DNA of 64,000 nt, from assembly GCA_964106645.2 (NCBI GenBank), contig OZ067043.1; one strand, 5' to 3'. Shown one piece after another: positions 11,650 to 24,006 of the stretch (its first letter is position 1; each line of letters begins with the position of its first letter). The position numbers and the translations under genes are program-made. Below the pieces are notes generated by a model. It saw only the letters and a list, made by a program, of their open reading frames with translations, did not search any database and had not been told where the DNA came from. Origin of the DNA: Podarcis pityusensis (lineage: Eukaryota).

Positions 11650-12085
11650 ACGTCTGCAGACACTCATGGTCTGGATGTGGGTCAATGAACTAAAACTGAA
11701 TCCAAACATGAATTTTGTTTGGGGTGGGGGGCGGCCTCAAAGACCAGGAATTGGTAGGACAGGCTGTTCTAGACAGGCATTCCCCTTGGAGGAACAGATG
11801 TATAGCATGGGGGTACTTGTGGGGTCATCATTGTTACCTGAAGCCCAGGTGACCTCAGTGGCTAGAAGTGCTTATACTCAATGTCAACAAGTGTGCTGCA
11901 GTTATCTATACACAGGTAACTTGTAGGTTAGACTATTGTAATGTGTTTTATGCAGGGCTGCCCTTGAAAATGGTCCCAAAGTTACAAGTGATGCAAAACA
12001 CAGCAGCTAACATATTATTGGGTGCCCTAGAGGCCTTGCAAGTACCATCAACCTGGAAATAATTGTACTGATTACCTGTTTGTCT
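11650..12085 (+). mobile_element. L2-clade LINE ORF2 fragment
   Basis: Motifs WMxxNxLKLNP and RLDYCNVFYAGLP...LQVMQNTAA. Confidence 0.8.
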
Positions 12086-12320
12086 TCTGGGCAGACAGAA
12101 GGCAGGACAGCAAAAGGAAAAGTAGGCTCCCTGGCGAGCTAGAAGGGAATATGAGAGAAAGGGGGGCAACTATACAGATTATTATTATTATTAGATGGCT
12201 TTCACACAAAATGTGTCTCAAAGGAACCAGCAAATTAAGCTACAAATAATATCAAAGGCATTAAAACCACATTTTAAAAGTCATAAATGAGAGAATATCT
12301 TAAAAAGGTAATGCATCCAT

Positions 12321-13220
12321 GTTATTTATTTATTTATTTAAAGGCTTTTATAAGCCACTTAATATTTTAAAAATCTCTAAGCAGGGACAAATCCTACCCA
12401 CCCCACTACAAGATTAAGCATTACAGATAGGCCAATGCGCTCCAAATTAACAACCAAATGCCTGGATAAACATAAATGTTTCAGCCTGGTGTCTAAAACA
12501 GACAGTGATAGTACCAGGTGTGCTTCCCTGGGGAATGCATTCCCCAAATAGGGAGCCACCACTGAAAAGGCCTGTTCTCATGTTGCCACCCTTCAGTTAC
12601 CAGCATGTAGACAACAGAGGTTAGGCTAAGCCTGTCTAGATAGGCTTGCAGCTGAATCACTAGCTAAAACTGATGGAAGACAATTTGCACCATCTAGGCT
12701 ATTTGTGCCCAGAATGACAGTAGTGGATGCAGAAGTAGTCCCAGGCTTTGCACCTGCTCCTGTAGTTGGAGAGCACATCTACCACCACACCTGCAAATGT
12801 AAAGGAGAAATAGAGCTGCATGTCATCAGTATATTGCTGACAGTACATCCCAGATCTCCATATGACCCCACTCCATGACTGATGTGGTCAATGGGAGACC
12901 CCCGCGGGACCTCACATTGGAGCCAAACAACAACATCCCCCATTTTTATCAGTCATGAGAAGCAAGGTGCACAACTCATTGTCCAAACCAAGCACCTGGT
13001 CTAGCTGTACTAACTGAAACTCATCCAACACAACAGGGCTAAGGAATGCTTTGGATCCCTTTTAGATTCATCTGCTTAAAACCAGAATTGAGGTCCCGGC
13101 AGATGCAAACGATTTTATCCTCAAAATGCTTTGCAAACAAGTCACAGCAGGCCACTGTGTATTCTGCACCTCCTTTGGACCAGAATGTTCTGATGGCAGA
13201 CCATCCTAATAGGCCCTCAC
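12321..13220 (-). mobile_element. L2-clade LINE fragments (3' end plus RT remnants)
   Basis: (TTAT)n tail at 12322, QQYTDD catalytic remnant on the minus strand at ~12821-12838, and CDLFAKHFEDKI near 13110-13150. Confidence 0.75.
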
Positions 13221-13619
13221 CTTTGTGGTGGGGGAAAGCTGCTGAAAGCCGAAATCTCAGCTGGAGTAGATCCAACCCACCATTAAAAAGGACTGATGTT
13301 GCAGTCCCACCCACAGTGAGACCCACTTTGCCAGAATTCAAATTGCTGGCTGGCGGGATCTCCTGTCACACCATGCAGCCGGCCAGAGATTTCCCAACTG
13401 CTGGCTCCCAGCCAGATGTTGCTCCTGGGGTGCTTGGGCCCCAGCACTGCTGGCCCACAACCACTGCCCACCCCCATACCATGGGAGTGGCCATTACTAT
13501 CCCAGATTACGCACTTTCTGCCCATTACAGACAACCAGATTTAGAGCGTGGCCTACCACATGCCTTGGGCTGACCTTTATTTGTTATACACAAGATACAC
13601 CATAGTTATATCTTATGCA

Positions 13620-14187
13620 GTGTTTATGGGACAGATATATTCTTTGTACATATGAGAAGACGTTTTGAACTTTAAAGTGTAAACTGTTCTTTTGAACTAT
13701 TCCGAAGAGGCTTATTGTGATACCGCCCCTTTAAGACTGGTTTATGGGAATGGGTTAGAACCTCAGAAATAATGAGCTTACATACAGCTGTCTTCCGATA
13801 AGGCTTCAAGGCCGGTGTCACAAGGTAATTGGGTGGTCTAAGTTCCCATAAACCTGGATTGGTGGGAGCTCTTGGCAGCCAGCCAAACCGAGGTCTGCAT
13901 CTATTTGGGCTTTTGACAGCATCTTGTTCCGTTGCTCAGCCTAGTGAGATTTAAGTAAGTGTTTGTTAATTAGTTGGATAAGTTAGTGTTTGTTGTCTTC
14001 TTACCTTCTGAGCTATTTTTATCTGTGTAATTATTTACCTTTATCAGTGTAATTATTTCTACAAGAGAGGTTTTCTCATAGGGTTTTGTTTTAGTAAAGT
14101 TGGTATATGATTTTATGAAATTTGGTCTGGTCTGAGTTCCTGAACACTTTAATTTTGACCATGCTTTTCGGACCAAGGCTGCTACAG
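13620..14187 (+). mobile_element. Candidate solo LTR
   Basis: Order of motifs: ATTGG (13858), TATA-like TATTT (13902), T-rich tract, AGTAAA (~14093), terminal ...GCTACA. No TSD found and the left boundary is uncertain. Confidence 0.35.
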
Positions 14188-15479
14188 TGCTATGAGTAAA
14201 CCTGCCAGCTTCAGTTTTGAGGCTACAGCAGTTTATCTCTACTTCACAAAACTGTAACAGTACAGCAGTTATGTAAAGTGGTTGTTTAACAGATGTTGCC
14301 ACATCATAAAAATGCATTAGGTTCTTCAGGTCACATATTTCTGGAGTTGCACATTTTTCTCTGTGTGGAATTACAGAGCACACGCATTTACCATGGAGTC
14401 TTTGTTTACTATGACAAATAGTGTGATTTACAAGGAGTTTACACATCTGTTCAATTGGACAAATTGGCCTTATGTGAAAAGATGTCAGTAATACGCAACA
14501 GTTTAATTATTTTACATCATGGTGACTTGAGCAAAATAAATCTGGGCTTACTTATCACTTCTCACTGTTTACTGTACACATCGGGGATGTTTATATTTCA
14601 AGAACACCCTGTAGCTGTGATTTTAAACATACTTAGACCATTCAAACATTCAAGAAAAGATTTTGGCACTATCCACCAGGACCATATTGCTTTGGAATGC
14701 AAATGAGGAATCATGTAATTGAATTATGTCTCAAATCAGAAAGCCCCTGCATGTGGAATATTTACTTGATTGGGAAGATAATGAACCTATTCATTAACGT
14801 ATTTATCATCCACATTTTCATAAAATATATCAATCAGCAAAAATAAAATCGGCAAAAAAGCATCCATGAAAACAACATTAAAAACATCAAACATAAATGA
14901 TGCAGCATTCCCCGTATTAGAGGAAGAATCTAATATGACAGATCTTTCAAATACAAATTGCCAGCTGCCTTTTAAAGTGGTATAGCCTGTAGCCTACAAT
15001 ACTACATGCTTTTTAGGGAACATTTGTGTATTTATTCATAGGAAGGTGATGTGTATTGATACCCAAATCATGAATTTCACAGAATTACATGAGTAGAAGA
15101 GATCTAATGAATCATCCTGCTAGGATATTCTTCACCAACATTCATGAATTCATTCAGTAACAGTGGGGTTTTAAAAATAAATAAATAAACAATGCATTTA
15201 CTGTTATGTGGAGCAGATGCTCTATAAAATGGGTATAATTTACTGTGTCATTGGTGGGTGAAAAATGAAGTGAAACAAATAGAAAACATCCTACAATTTC
15301 CATTTATTTAAAATACTCTTCCAGGCATCGAGCAGGGCCATAATGATGCCTTTAAGCAGCTTTTGTTGTCATTGTGATCAGTTACCAATATGTCTGCTGA
15401 ATCTAAATATAGTCATAATTCAACCTATTGAACTTAATGGGTATTACATTTATCATGACTAAAGTCCCATTGATTTCAG

Positions 15480-16614
15480 GGGGCCCACTAGGGGCGCATT
15501 GGAAGATGGCTGACAATATCATCTCTCCGACCCACACGGGGTAATTAAGAGGCTGTTATGGGAGTAGGCAGCCTCCCTTGTTGCCCCAAGGAAATGGGGA
15601 ACACTGCCCTTGCCTGCTGTGCCCATAAATCACCCCCTAATTCGAAAGAAGGGGGTGAGGGCACTAGGCAGAATGCCCCCGTGTGGACCTTGGCTCTCCT
15701 GGACGCTGTCTCTGATCGCGCACTAGCTGCAGCAATTTGGAATAATTAATTACAAAAGAAGCAAATGCACATATTTCAAGTGAAGAAGGGGAGTGAAGTC
15801 TGCTAATTTAAGTGACCTCTGCGAAAGAAGACGACGAGTTGGAGAAACAGGAATATTTTACGATGAAGATACACCAAAGGCTGGGTATGTTGACAACGGG
15901 ACTGAATGGGGGGGGAACCTTTTTTACTTTCCTTCTATGTGATTTACAAGAACCCCTCCTCATTAGAATCGTTGGTTGAATTGACCCAAGCAGGATGATT
16001 AAGGTCTGTGTGGAGATAAACTTTAACCAAAAGTGTGCTTTATGGAGATCGAGAAGCAATAAGAGCTTTTGGAATGGTGCAGCAATTAATTCGGAATCGC
16101 CATCTTGCCAAAGGATTTATAGCCGGGAGGAGGAACGGACTTGTTTTCAGACTGCATTCCTGGTGAATCTCCTCAGAGGTTTTGAGAAAGGAGGCAGATT
16201 GGTGAAGATTAATGACGCTAAGACTGTTTTGATGTATGGAAGTGATGTTATATGGAAAACGTCTGGATATGGCTACTGGATAAATAAATAAAAATATCCA
16301 CGCAGGATTACAAACTGTTCTAACCAGCTTGTGGAGACTATCAGAGGTCACAAAGAGAAAGGAAAAAGATATGAAAATAACAAGAGATGTGGAAAAACAA
16401 TAAGAAAGGACTGGATAGTACTGTGAACATCATAAGGTTAGATTTGTGGACATTAAAACAGCAGCAAGAAGCAAGAAGTTGATTGGATCCCCTTCGGAAC
16501 TTGAAATATGGGTACCCCCAACAAAAATTTAAAATTCGGCTGTGTAATTTGGAATTTATGTAATTTGGTTTGATTTGATGTGATTGGTCGGTTAATAAAA
16601 AATTATTCTTAAAA
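15480..16614 (+). mobile_element. Non-autonomous L1-type retroelement, ~1.13 kb, non-coding
   Basis: Perfect 20-bp TSD TAAAGTCCCATTGATTTCAG (15460-15479 and 16615-16634). G-rich 5' end with AAGATGGC. AATAAA at 16594 followed by a short A-rich tail. Confidence 0.8.
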
Positions 16615-17415
16615 TAAAGTCCCATTGATTTCAGTGGTTCTTTTCTAAGTGTGACTAAGTAGGAAAATAATCAGGGAAACTTATTCCATAACAATATAGA
16701 AGTCTTGAAAATGATTTGATATTCTGTCACCAAGTGCTTCAGTATATAATACCACATGTATAAATTACCAATGTGTATTACTATCTGGGTGGGGAAAGCA
16801 AATGGGATTTCTGAATTTTTATTGTTTTGTGCTTCAGCAATTTTATGAACCTAACAAAATATTGCACATAAGCTTTGGGGCATAGATTTAAGAGTTCAGC
16901 TGTACTGAGTTGGTTGAAATAAATAAATAAATGGGGGAAACGAACTCATTTGGCAATTTTGTACCTTAGCAGTGGTCCTGTAATACGCTAATCTACAAAT
17001 TGATTCAACTGGTATGTTTGGATTGTTTCCAAGGCAGTCCTATTTAAATCAGTGGCATTTAACTTGCTTAGCTTTGTTGATTAAGAAGGCCTATGAGTAC
17101 AGTTGACCATGCAACTATACAATGGTATGTGTTCATTGGAAGCGTTGTTTAATGAAAAATGTTCATATTTCATGCTTTTCCTAAAAGCAAAAAGCAGCTA
17201 ATCAAGTTTTCATGTGCAGCAATGTTATGTTTTCATAAGTCACACTTGTAATTTTAGGAGGTTTAAACCTGTGCAATTTCTTAAGTTTGCCATAAAATGG
17301 AAACCTGAAATAACAGGAAAAAATGGGATTGGTATGTAACGAAGTTAATTGTTAGACTACAATCATGTTTTCAACTTCAGTGGCTTATAAATCACTTTGG
17401 GGCATTATGTTTCAG

Positions 17416-17602
17416 AGTTTGCTGAATGGATTAATGTGCTACAAACCCGATGATCCAGTCGAATACCTGGAAGGTTGTTTACAAAAAGTGAAGGAGCTGG
17501 GAGGAGCAGAAAAAGTAAAATGGGACACTTTTGTCAGTCCAGAAAAAAGGACACTACCTTCACTGAATGGCAGCCAGTCAAGAAGATCCTTTTTGAGGAA
17601 TG
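17416..17602 (+). CDS. AK5: AK5 coding exon 2 (SLLNGLMCYKPDDPVEYLEGCLQKVKELGGAEKVKWDTFVSPEKRTLPSLNGSQSRRSFLRN)
   Basis: Acceptor tttcag|AGT, donor AATG|gtaaga, 187 nt. Completes the RIIa/Dpy-30-type docking motif (KPDDPVEYL). In frame with exon 1. Confidence 0.96.
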
Positions 17603-19125
17603 GTAAGATTTATTTATTTTTGTATCAATTTTATGTTTCAGCTTGGATTCAGGTGACAAGCTGAGTAGAATGGGTAAGCCACACACTGTATGATTTGAAG
17701 ATGGTAGTGATGTGGGCGCATTGAACATTTGTTTAATGCTTTATTAGCGCATTAATTAATTGTGATGTGATCATGATTTGCTGCCTCGTGGCTTCTGTTA
17801 GTGATATGTGGCCACATTACATAAATGGGAATCACACCAAATATAAATCAGTCAACAGCTGTAGAAGGATCCATCTTCATTTGAATTTTGATTCTAATTT
17901 AGATTTATTGCTGAATAATCTTTAAGTAGATAAGGCTGTAATTCTATGCACTTATTTGGGACTAAGCCCCATGAAACAGTGTGGGCCATATGAATAGGCA
18001 GGAGTGGTGAGCTGTGGCTTCCAGATGTTGCTGGACTACAACTCCTATTATCCATGACCATTGTTCCATGCTGGCTAAAGCTAATGGAAGCTGGAGACCA
18101 GCAATACCTGGGTGGGGGACGGGGGGGGGCAAGTGAGTGAGACCTATGATTTCTGTAGAAAAATATGCCAGATTTGTTGGAATTCCAGTTGAATGGAACA
18201 GTCTTTACAGTTGGAGGAGGGAAATAATGTTCCTTCCTATGTAGCAACTCCCTCACAATGAAAAGACTTATAATCTGCTTATCTTCAGTTGACTGGCATT
18301 GACCAGTCTGAGGAATTGTGGTGCTTTCTAAAGTTTACTGAAGTTGTATAAAGAACAACTTATTTACGATGGGCAAAAATGCAGAAATTGGAATGCTCTG
18401 AAAAGCCTTACTAGTGCCAAACATAACAAACAAATACAAGCAAGTGTATTTTCTCAGAAATACCCAGTGCCTAGTCATCATATACAATAACCTGATTGGC
18501 ATTGCTGATATAATTAATATGGATTAGTTAGAACACCTAGAAAGCTGGGTATGAATCAGCTTGGATTTTAAGCCATTCCAAAAATCGGACTGGGATAACA
18601 TACAATGTCTATACACAAAGGATACATAAGGAAAGTACCTAATTATTTTGCTGTTGTAAATGTTCCTATAAAGCTACTAGAATTCTATGCAATTTCTTGC
18701 TGTAGTTTTTCCTAAGCAATTAAGGCATGTATGCAGTAATTAGATTGCATACAGTAATTAGATTAAAATGTACACATAATGTCTGAAAACAACAACTCTG
18801 GTATGATGTCTTAACATGAATTTAAAATCAGACTTACAAAATAACTGTAAGAAATTTATCAGCCTGCATGGGTTTTAAATCTGCCCACCTGCCTATATAT
18901 GCTACATGTGATTCAACAGCTTGAATAATGGGATTTGGCAAGCTGCTTACCCAAGATGAATTGTTACTTGCTGTAGACCAATTTGCAAGGTATATCTATA
19001 AAAGTTTCAAATAGGTAGCCTCTTACTTACTAAACAAAACTGGAAAAATGTATTGCCTTAATGTGCCAGTTGCTTGAAGTCCATCTAGGAAGCCCAAAAT
19101 AGCAGGGAATTAATTTGCAGGAAAC

Positions 19126-19599
19126 CAGTGGCGTAGCGTGGGGGGTGCCAGGGGGGCCGGCCGCACCGGGCGCAACATCTGGGGGGGCGCGCTCGCTGCC
19201 TCCGGAGTCGCCGAAGAGCCTCGGGCGCAGGCTGTAGCAGAGCCCCATGTCTCGTGGAACCGACGAGCTGTGCGCGCGCCTGGGCTGAAGGTGTCCGGCA
19301 GGCAGCGGCTCTCAGCCCCGCGCGTCAGGGCCGCGGAGGACGTGCCAGGCAGCCCCTCCTCAGAGCCCCGCCTCCGCTGCTGCTGCTGCAGCTGCTGGGC
19401 CATGTTGCATTTTCCTCGCCTCTCTGCCTCCCTCCTCCTCCGGGCAAGCGGCGTGGTTTGGGCGGCAGCGCCAGCAGCAACTCGACTCAGATCGGCAGGT
19501 TAGGGGTTGGGGGGGCGCAAATTACTTGCCTTGCCCCGGGTTAGGGGGCGCAAATTACTTGCCTTGCCCCGGGTGCTGACAACTCACGCTACGCCGCTG
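19126..19599. mobile_element. Young GC-rich hAT MITE
   Basis: Perfect 8-bp TSD CAGGAAAC (19118-19125 and 19600-19607). TIRs CAGTGGCGTAGCGTG / CACGCTACGCCGCTG. Confidence 0.92.
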
Positions 19600-20188
19600 C
19601 AGGAAACCACTCACTCTCAGGGGCTTACTAAGCACAGAGTTGCTTAGTTTTAAACTTTGTGATGTCCAGTAAATTGTAACCTGTAGCTTCATGTGCTTTA
19701 CTGTCTCTTCAGTATGGAAGCTCTTTTTTATCCCTAGAGAGAACACTATCCCTATTCCCTTAGGAAGTCATGGCAGTTTGCTTAGCTTTGATAAACCATC
19801 TGTGATTGTCATTTAATCTCCATTTGTCTGCTGGATTTGCACAACACAACAAACTAGGTATTGGAAGACCGCAGGCAAATATTTGGCTAGTTGTTTCGAA
19901 TTGTGTGGCATTTGTCAGTTCTTCAGTCTCTGGCAATATGTAGCTCATCTTTCTGACCATTGTACAATGTGCTTTAAATTTACAGCATGTGTATACATGG
20001 CCTTTCTTCCACTTTTCCTTAGGTCAGCTCTCCTTCTGGCTTCCTCCTTTCCCTCTGTTCATCACTCTCAGGGCCTCTCCTCATAGCCTAATTTTCTTTG
20101 CTCAGGGACAAAGAACATTTTCCTTGCTCAGTCTGAAGCCATGGAGATCCTGCTGTCATTGTGGACAGGGGGGGTCTGACTCAATATA

Positions 20189-20357
20189 CCGTATTTTTCG
20201 CTCTATAACACGCACCCGACCATAACACGCACATAGTTTTTAGAGGAGGAAAATCCATAGGCATGCCACCCATAGGCATTCCCTCCATAACACGCACAGA
20301 CATTTCCCCTTACTTTTTAGGAGGGAAAAAGTGAGTGTTATGGTGCAAAAAATACGG
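20189..20357. mobile_element. Tc1/mariner-superfamily MITE
   Basis: TA TSD; TIRs CCGTATTTTTCGC / GCAAAAAATACGG; internal ATAACACGCAC repeats. Confidence 0.88.
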
Positions 20358-21218
20358 TAAGCTACCTCCCTGTGTTTCTTTGTCGCCATCTTTGGGCACC
20401 TCCTAAGCCTGCACATCAGCAGGGAGCCCACTGCCAATGTCTGGCCTCCCCAGGCCAGCTTCTGATGCTCTTTTGCAGCCTCTGCCTGTCCATATACCTC
20501 CTCGAAGCAAGAAAGCTATGACAAGGAAAAGGAAAAGGAGCAAGACTCTCCGCTCATCTTGCACACTCTCTGTGAATTGAGGCCTAGGCGAGAGGCTGGG
20601 CCAATAGGCCGCAATGGCAGCAGCGAGGAAGACTGTGGCCCACTCGGGGCCTCTTGTCCGATGGCTTCTCAAAACCACCTGCCTCCATCGGCTTCTTTTG
20701 GCCTGCTGGCTGCTTATTCTTCTGACACCTGTTTTGCTGGTCCCATTACTTTACGCTTCTTTTCCCTAGGCCAGGAAGCCTGCCTTGTTTCTATTCCTAC
20801 TGTCGCAACAGATTGGCCTAGAGTGGCTTCCGAGAGGAATGTTCTGTTTCATGGTTTGATTTGCCGGGAGGCAGGTTTTTTTAAATTAAACTGATAATTG
20901 TTTCAAGTATTACAACGTAACTGTTTGCCGTGAGGAATTTTTATATTCCAGCCGCAACCAGCTGGAACTGGTTCTGTGAGGAAAACGTAAAAAGTGGTAT
21001 TTTACTCAGAGTAGCCCTGTTGGCGTCGGCGGACCTAACTTAATCACGTCCATTAATTTCACTGGCTCTTATTAAAAAATTAGTTGAATCCCACCCAAAG
21101 TTTTCTTAAAGGGACGATTTACTTTTCTAACAGCTTGAATGACGTGCAGTGCCTGCCTGTGAGATGTTAGAGCAGCCAGTGCCTTTGCTGCCACTGCATA
21201 CATTACTGCATTCCAGTA

Positions 21219-21698
21219 CAGTGGTACCTCAGGTTAAGTAGTTACCGTATTTTTCGCTCTATAAGATGCACCAGACGACAAGACGCACCTAGTTTTTGGA
21301 GGAGGAAAACAAGAAAAAAAATATTCTGAATCCCAGAAGCCAGAACAGCAAGAGGGATCGCTGAGCAGCGAAACCAGCGATCCCTCTTGCTGTTCTGGCT
21401 TCTGGGATAGCTGCGCAGCCTGCATTCACTCCATAAGACGCACACATATTTCCCCTTACTTTTTAGGAGGGAAGAAGTATAGAGCAAAAAATACGGTAAT
21501 TGGTTCCAGAGGCCCATACTTAACCTGAAACTGTTCTTAACCTGAAGCACCACTTTAGCGAATGGGGCCTCCTGCTGCTGCCGCACCACCGGAGCACGAT
21601 TTCTGTTGTCATCCTGAAGCAAAGTTCTTAACCTGAAGCACTATTTCTGGGTTAGCGGAGTCTGTAACCTGAAGTGTATGTAACCCGAGGTACCACTG
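21219..21698. mobile_element. Tigger/pogo-like MITE, host of a nested element
   Basis: TA TSD; TIRs CAGTGGTACCTCAGGTTA / TAACCCGAGGTACCACTG; internal TAACCTGAAG repeats. Confidence 0.9.
21245..21496. mobile_element. Tc1/mariner MITE nested in the Tigger-like MITE; same TIR family as 20189-20357
   Basis: TA-flanked CCGTATTTTTCGCTCT / AGAGCAAAAAATACGG, with an internal perfect 34-bp hairpin. Confidence 0.9.
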
Positions 21699-21904
21699 TA
21701 CAGATGGATTGAAAACGTTACCTAACTGTATAAAAATAAGAAGCCCCTTATTATTATTTTTAATTATTTTTTAGGCAGCCAGAATTTCATGCCAACAGTT
21801 GCGTTGTTAAAATATTCCTGATCTTCATTACCAGTAAATGTAAGAAGAGTTCTGGTTTTCATATTTCCTTTTTCTTTTCTTTCTTTCTTTTTACTATTAT
21901 GAAG

Positions 21905-22072
21905 TGCTCCCAGACAATCCCAACTTTCCTTACCGGCGGTATGAGCGACTTCCTCCAATCCACCAGTTTTCCATAGAGAGTGACACGGATCTCTCAGAAA
22001 CAGCCGAACTTATTGAAGAATATGAGGTATTTGATCCTGCAAGATCTCGGCCTAAGATCATCCTTGTCATAG
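21905..22072 (+). CDS. AK5: AK5 coding exon 3 (VLPDNPNFPYRRYERLPPIHQFSIESDTDLSETAELIEEYEVFDPARSRPKIILVI)
   Basis: Long polypyrimidine tract then gaag|TG; donor ATAG|gtaaga; 168 nt, phase 1/1. Near-identical to the recalled AK5 segment. Confidence 0.96.
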
Positions 22073-22822
22073 GTAAGAAGGCAAGGAGAACGAATAGTTT
22101 TCTTGGATTAAGTGTGGCTTTTTTTTTTTAACCGTTTAGCCAGTGGATTAACTGTTTGAAATGGGTATCAGTTCATAGATAACTTTGAAGGATGAGGGCT
22201 AAGTGATGTAGGCAAATTGACTGACCGGGATAAACAAAGAATTGTTTGGAAAACCATATTCAGCAAGTTGCCCAAATGCCGAAGTGTTTTGTTATTAGTG
22301 CCAGGGACTGCCAGATGTAATAGGCAGAAGTGGCAGTGCCTCCAGCGTCTCCAGAATAACCAAAAAGCCTATAAATAGGAGAAACTATCAGACTTCATAT
22401 CCAAACCTTTGGGATACCAGGGATAGTTACACCCTATGTGCTTCCTAATAGCGCACCTCTTTCTCATGCTCCAAACAGAATGGACTGTTTCACTTTTATT
22501 TGATAGGGGACAAGGCTGCAACTGGGGAAACCCTTCAAGGGAGAAAGCATTTCCTCCCCAAATATGGGGGGCAATGTGGCATCCCTCCCTCCACAAAGTT
22601 TCAGCAGTTTAAACCTTTCCCTTTGAAAAGAGAAGGGAGCAAGTTGGTTAACTGGAGAGCAAGCAAGGGAGACACAGCTGGACTGGCAACTTTGAAAAGC
22701 AGTGCCATTGACAAGAAAGTTTTTCAATCTCCTGGTCTCCACTGATGGGAGAAGCCTTTGTTTTGACTGCCATTCTTAAGGGTTCTGTTCTCATCAGAAA
22801 GAGTTCTTAGCTCTCCTTAGCT

Positions 22823-23331
22823 CAGTGGTTTTCAACCAGTGTGCTGTGGCACCCTGGGGTGCCTTGAATGATAGTCAGGAGTGCCGCAGGCAGCACTGGC
22901 CTCTGTCCCTCTTTCTTTCCTTCCCTCCCTCATTGGGTGCCCTCTTGCATCTCTGCCTCCCAAAGGCATGCACAGCTGCTCATTGCAGCAGCCCGGCTAC
23001 AAGGTCCCCAGGTGAATGGGGGCCTCTGGGGCTGGCCAGGGGGAGCTTCCAAGCCCCCTGTGGGGCAGTGTGAGGAGGCACCTCTCTTTGGGCAAGGGGG
23101 TGCAGCTCAGATACCAGAGGCGGTGGCGGCGGCTGCCTGGAGGACTCCCAAGGAGAGGGATAGGAGAGTAGGCTGAGGGAACACTTTACAAGGTGTTCGA
23201 AAAAGGGTGAGATGCTGCCAGCTGTGCCGGAAAGAGGTGACATAACTGGGCTCCTGAGCCCCACAGGGGTGCCACAGAAAGAATGCAGTTGGTCAAGGGA
23301 GCCGTGGACTCAAAAAGGTTGAAAACCTCTG
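22823..23331. mobile_element. hAT-family non-autonomous element
   Basis: TIRs CAGTGGTTTTCAACC / GGTTGAAAACCTCTG; decayed 8-bp TSD CCTTAGCT / CCTTAAGT. Confidence 0.82.
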
Positions 23332-24006
23332 CCTTAAGTGTTAAAAGAGCAGCATATTTAACCCTTTCCCGAGGCTGCAGCTCAGTGTTAGTTGCTAAGA
23401 GGAGGATGAGGGATCCCCATGACAGGTGCTTGAACAACACATTTAACTTAATAGCAGTGTAGAGTGGCTTTGCTTACCTGACTTTCCAGTGTCAAGTGTC
23501 TCCACCAGATACTGAGACTGGGAGGGATGAGGGGGCAGGTGCATTGGATTGGCTCCACTGCCACACCTGTACAATGCTCCCCTCTGTCTCACCCTTCTCC
23601 CTATCTGCAGGTGATGTGCGATGTCAGGAAATGCCACCCTCCCTAGTAGCTTCTGATTTAACCCTTGGTTATAGCAGTCAGGGAAAGAAAGAAAGGGATT
23701 CCCATGACTATTGCTTGGGTAGTGCATTTAATTCCCATGGCTGCAGTTCAATTGAAATCACACATTTCGTGCACTTTCCCACCATTAACAAGTTTTTTCT
23801 TTGTGGAACCCCTTGGGCTGCATTGTGGCACTCCGGGGTTCCATTGGACCGCAGTCTGAGAAATCTCCTAGTGTGCAGCTAGTTAGCAATTTGGAGACTG
23901 TTACATTCCACATCTTTGGGAAAGATTTTGGCAGACTGGCACAGGTGGTGGGTAGTTCGTAATGAATCTGAGAAAATATAATTGCCTTTTTTCTTATAAA
24001 TAATAG

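Noticed and set aside
13046-14446. 175-aa (+) and 158-aa (-) ORFs in intron 1
   Set aside because: They overlap L2 and LTR-like repeats, lack splice support and show no recognisable domain.
21775-21839. Possible cassette exon before exon 3 (ttttttag|GC...AAT|gtaaga)
   Set aside because: It has an in-frame TGA, a weak donor and only a 65-nt downstream intron. It cannot be supported without RNA data.
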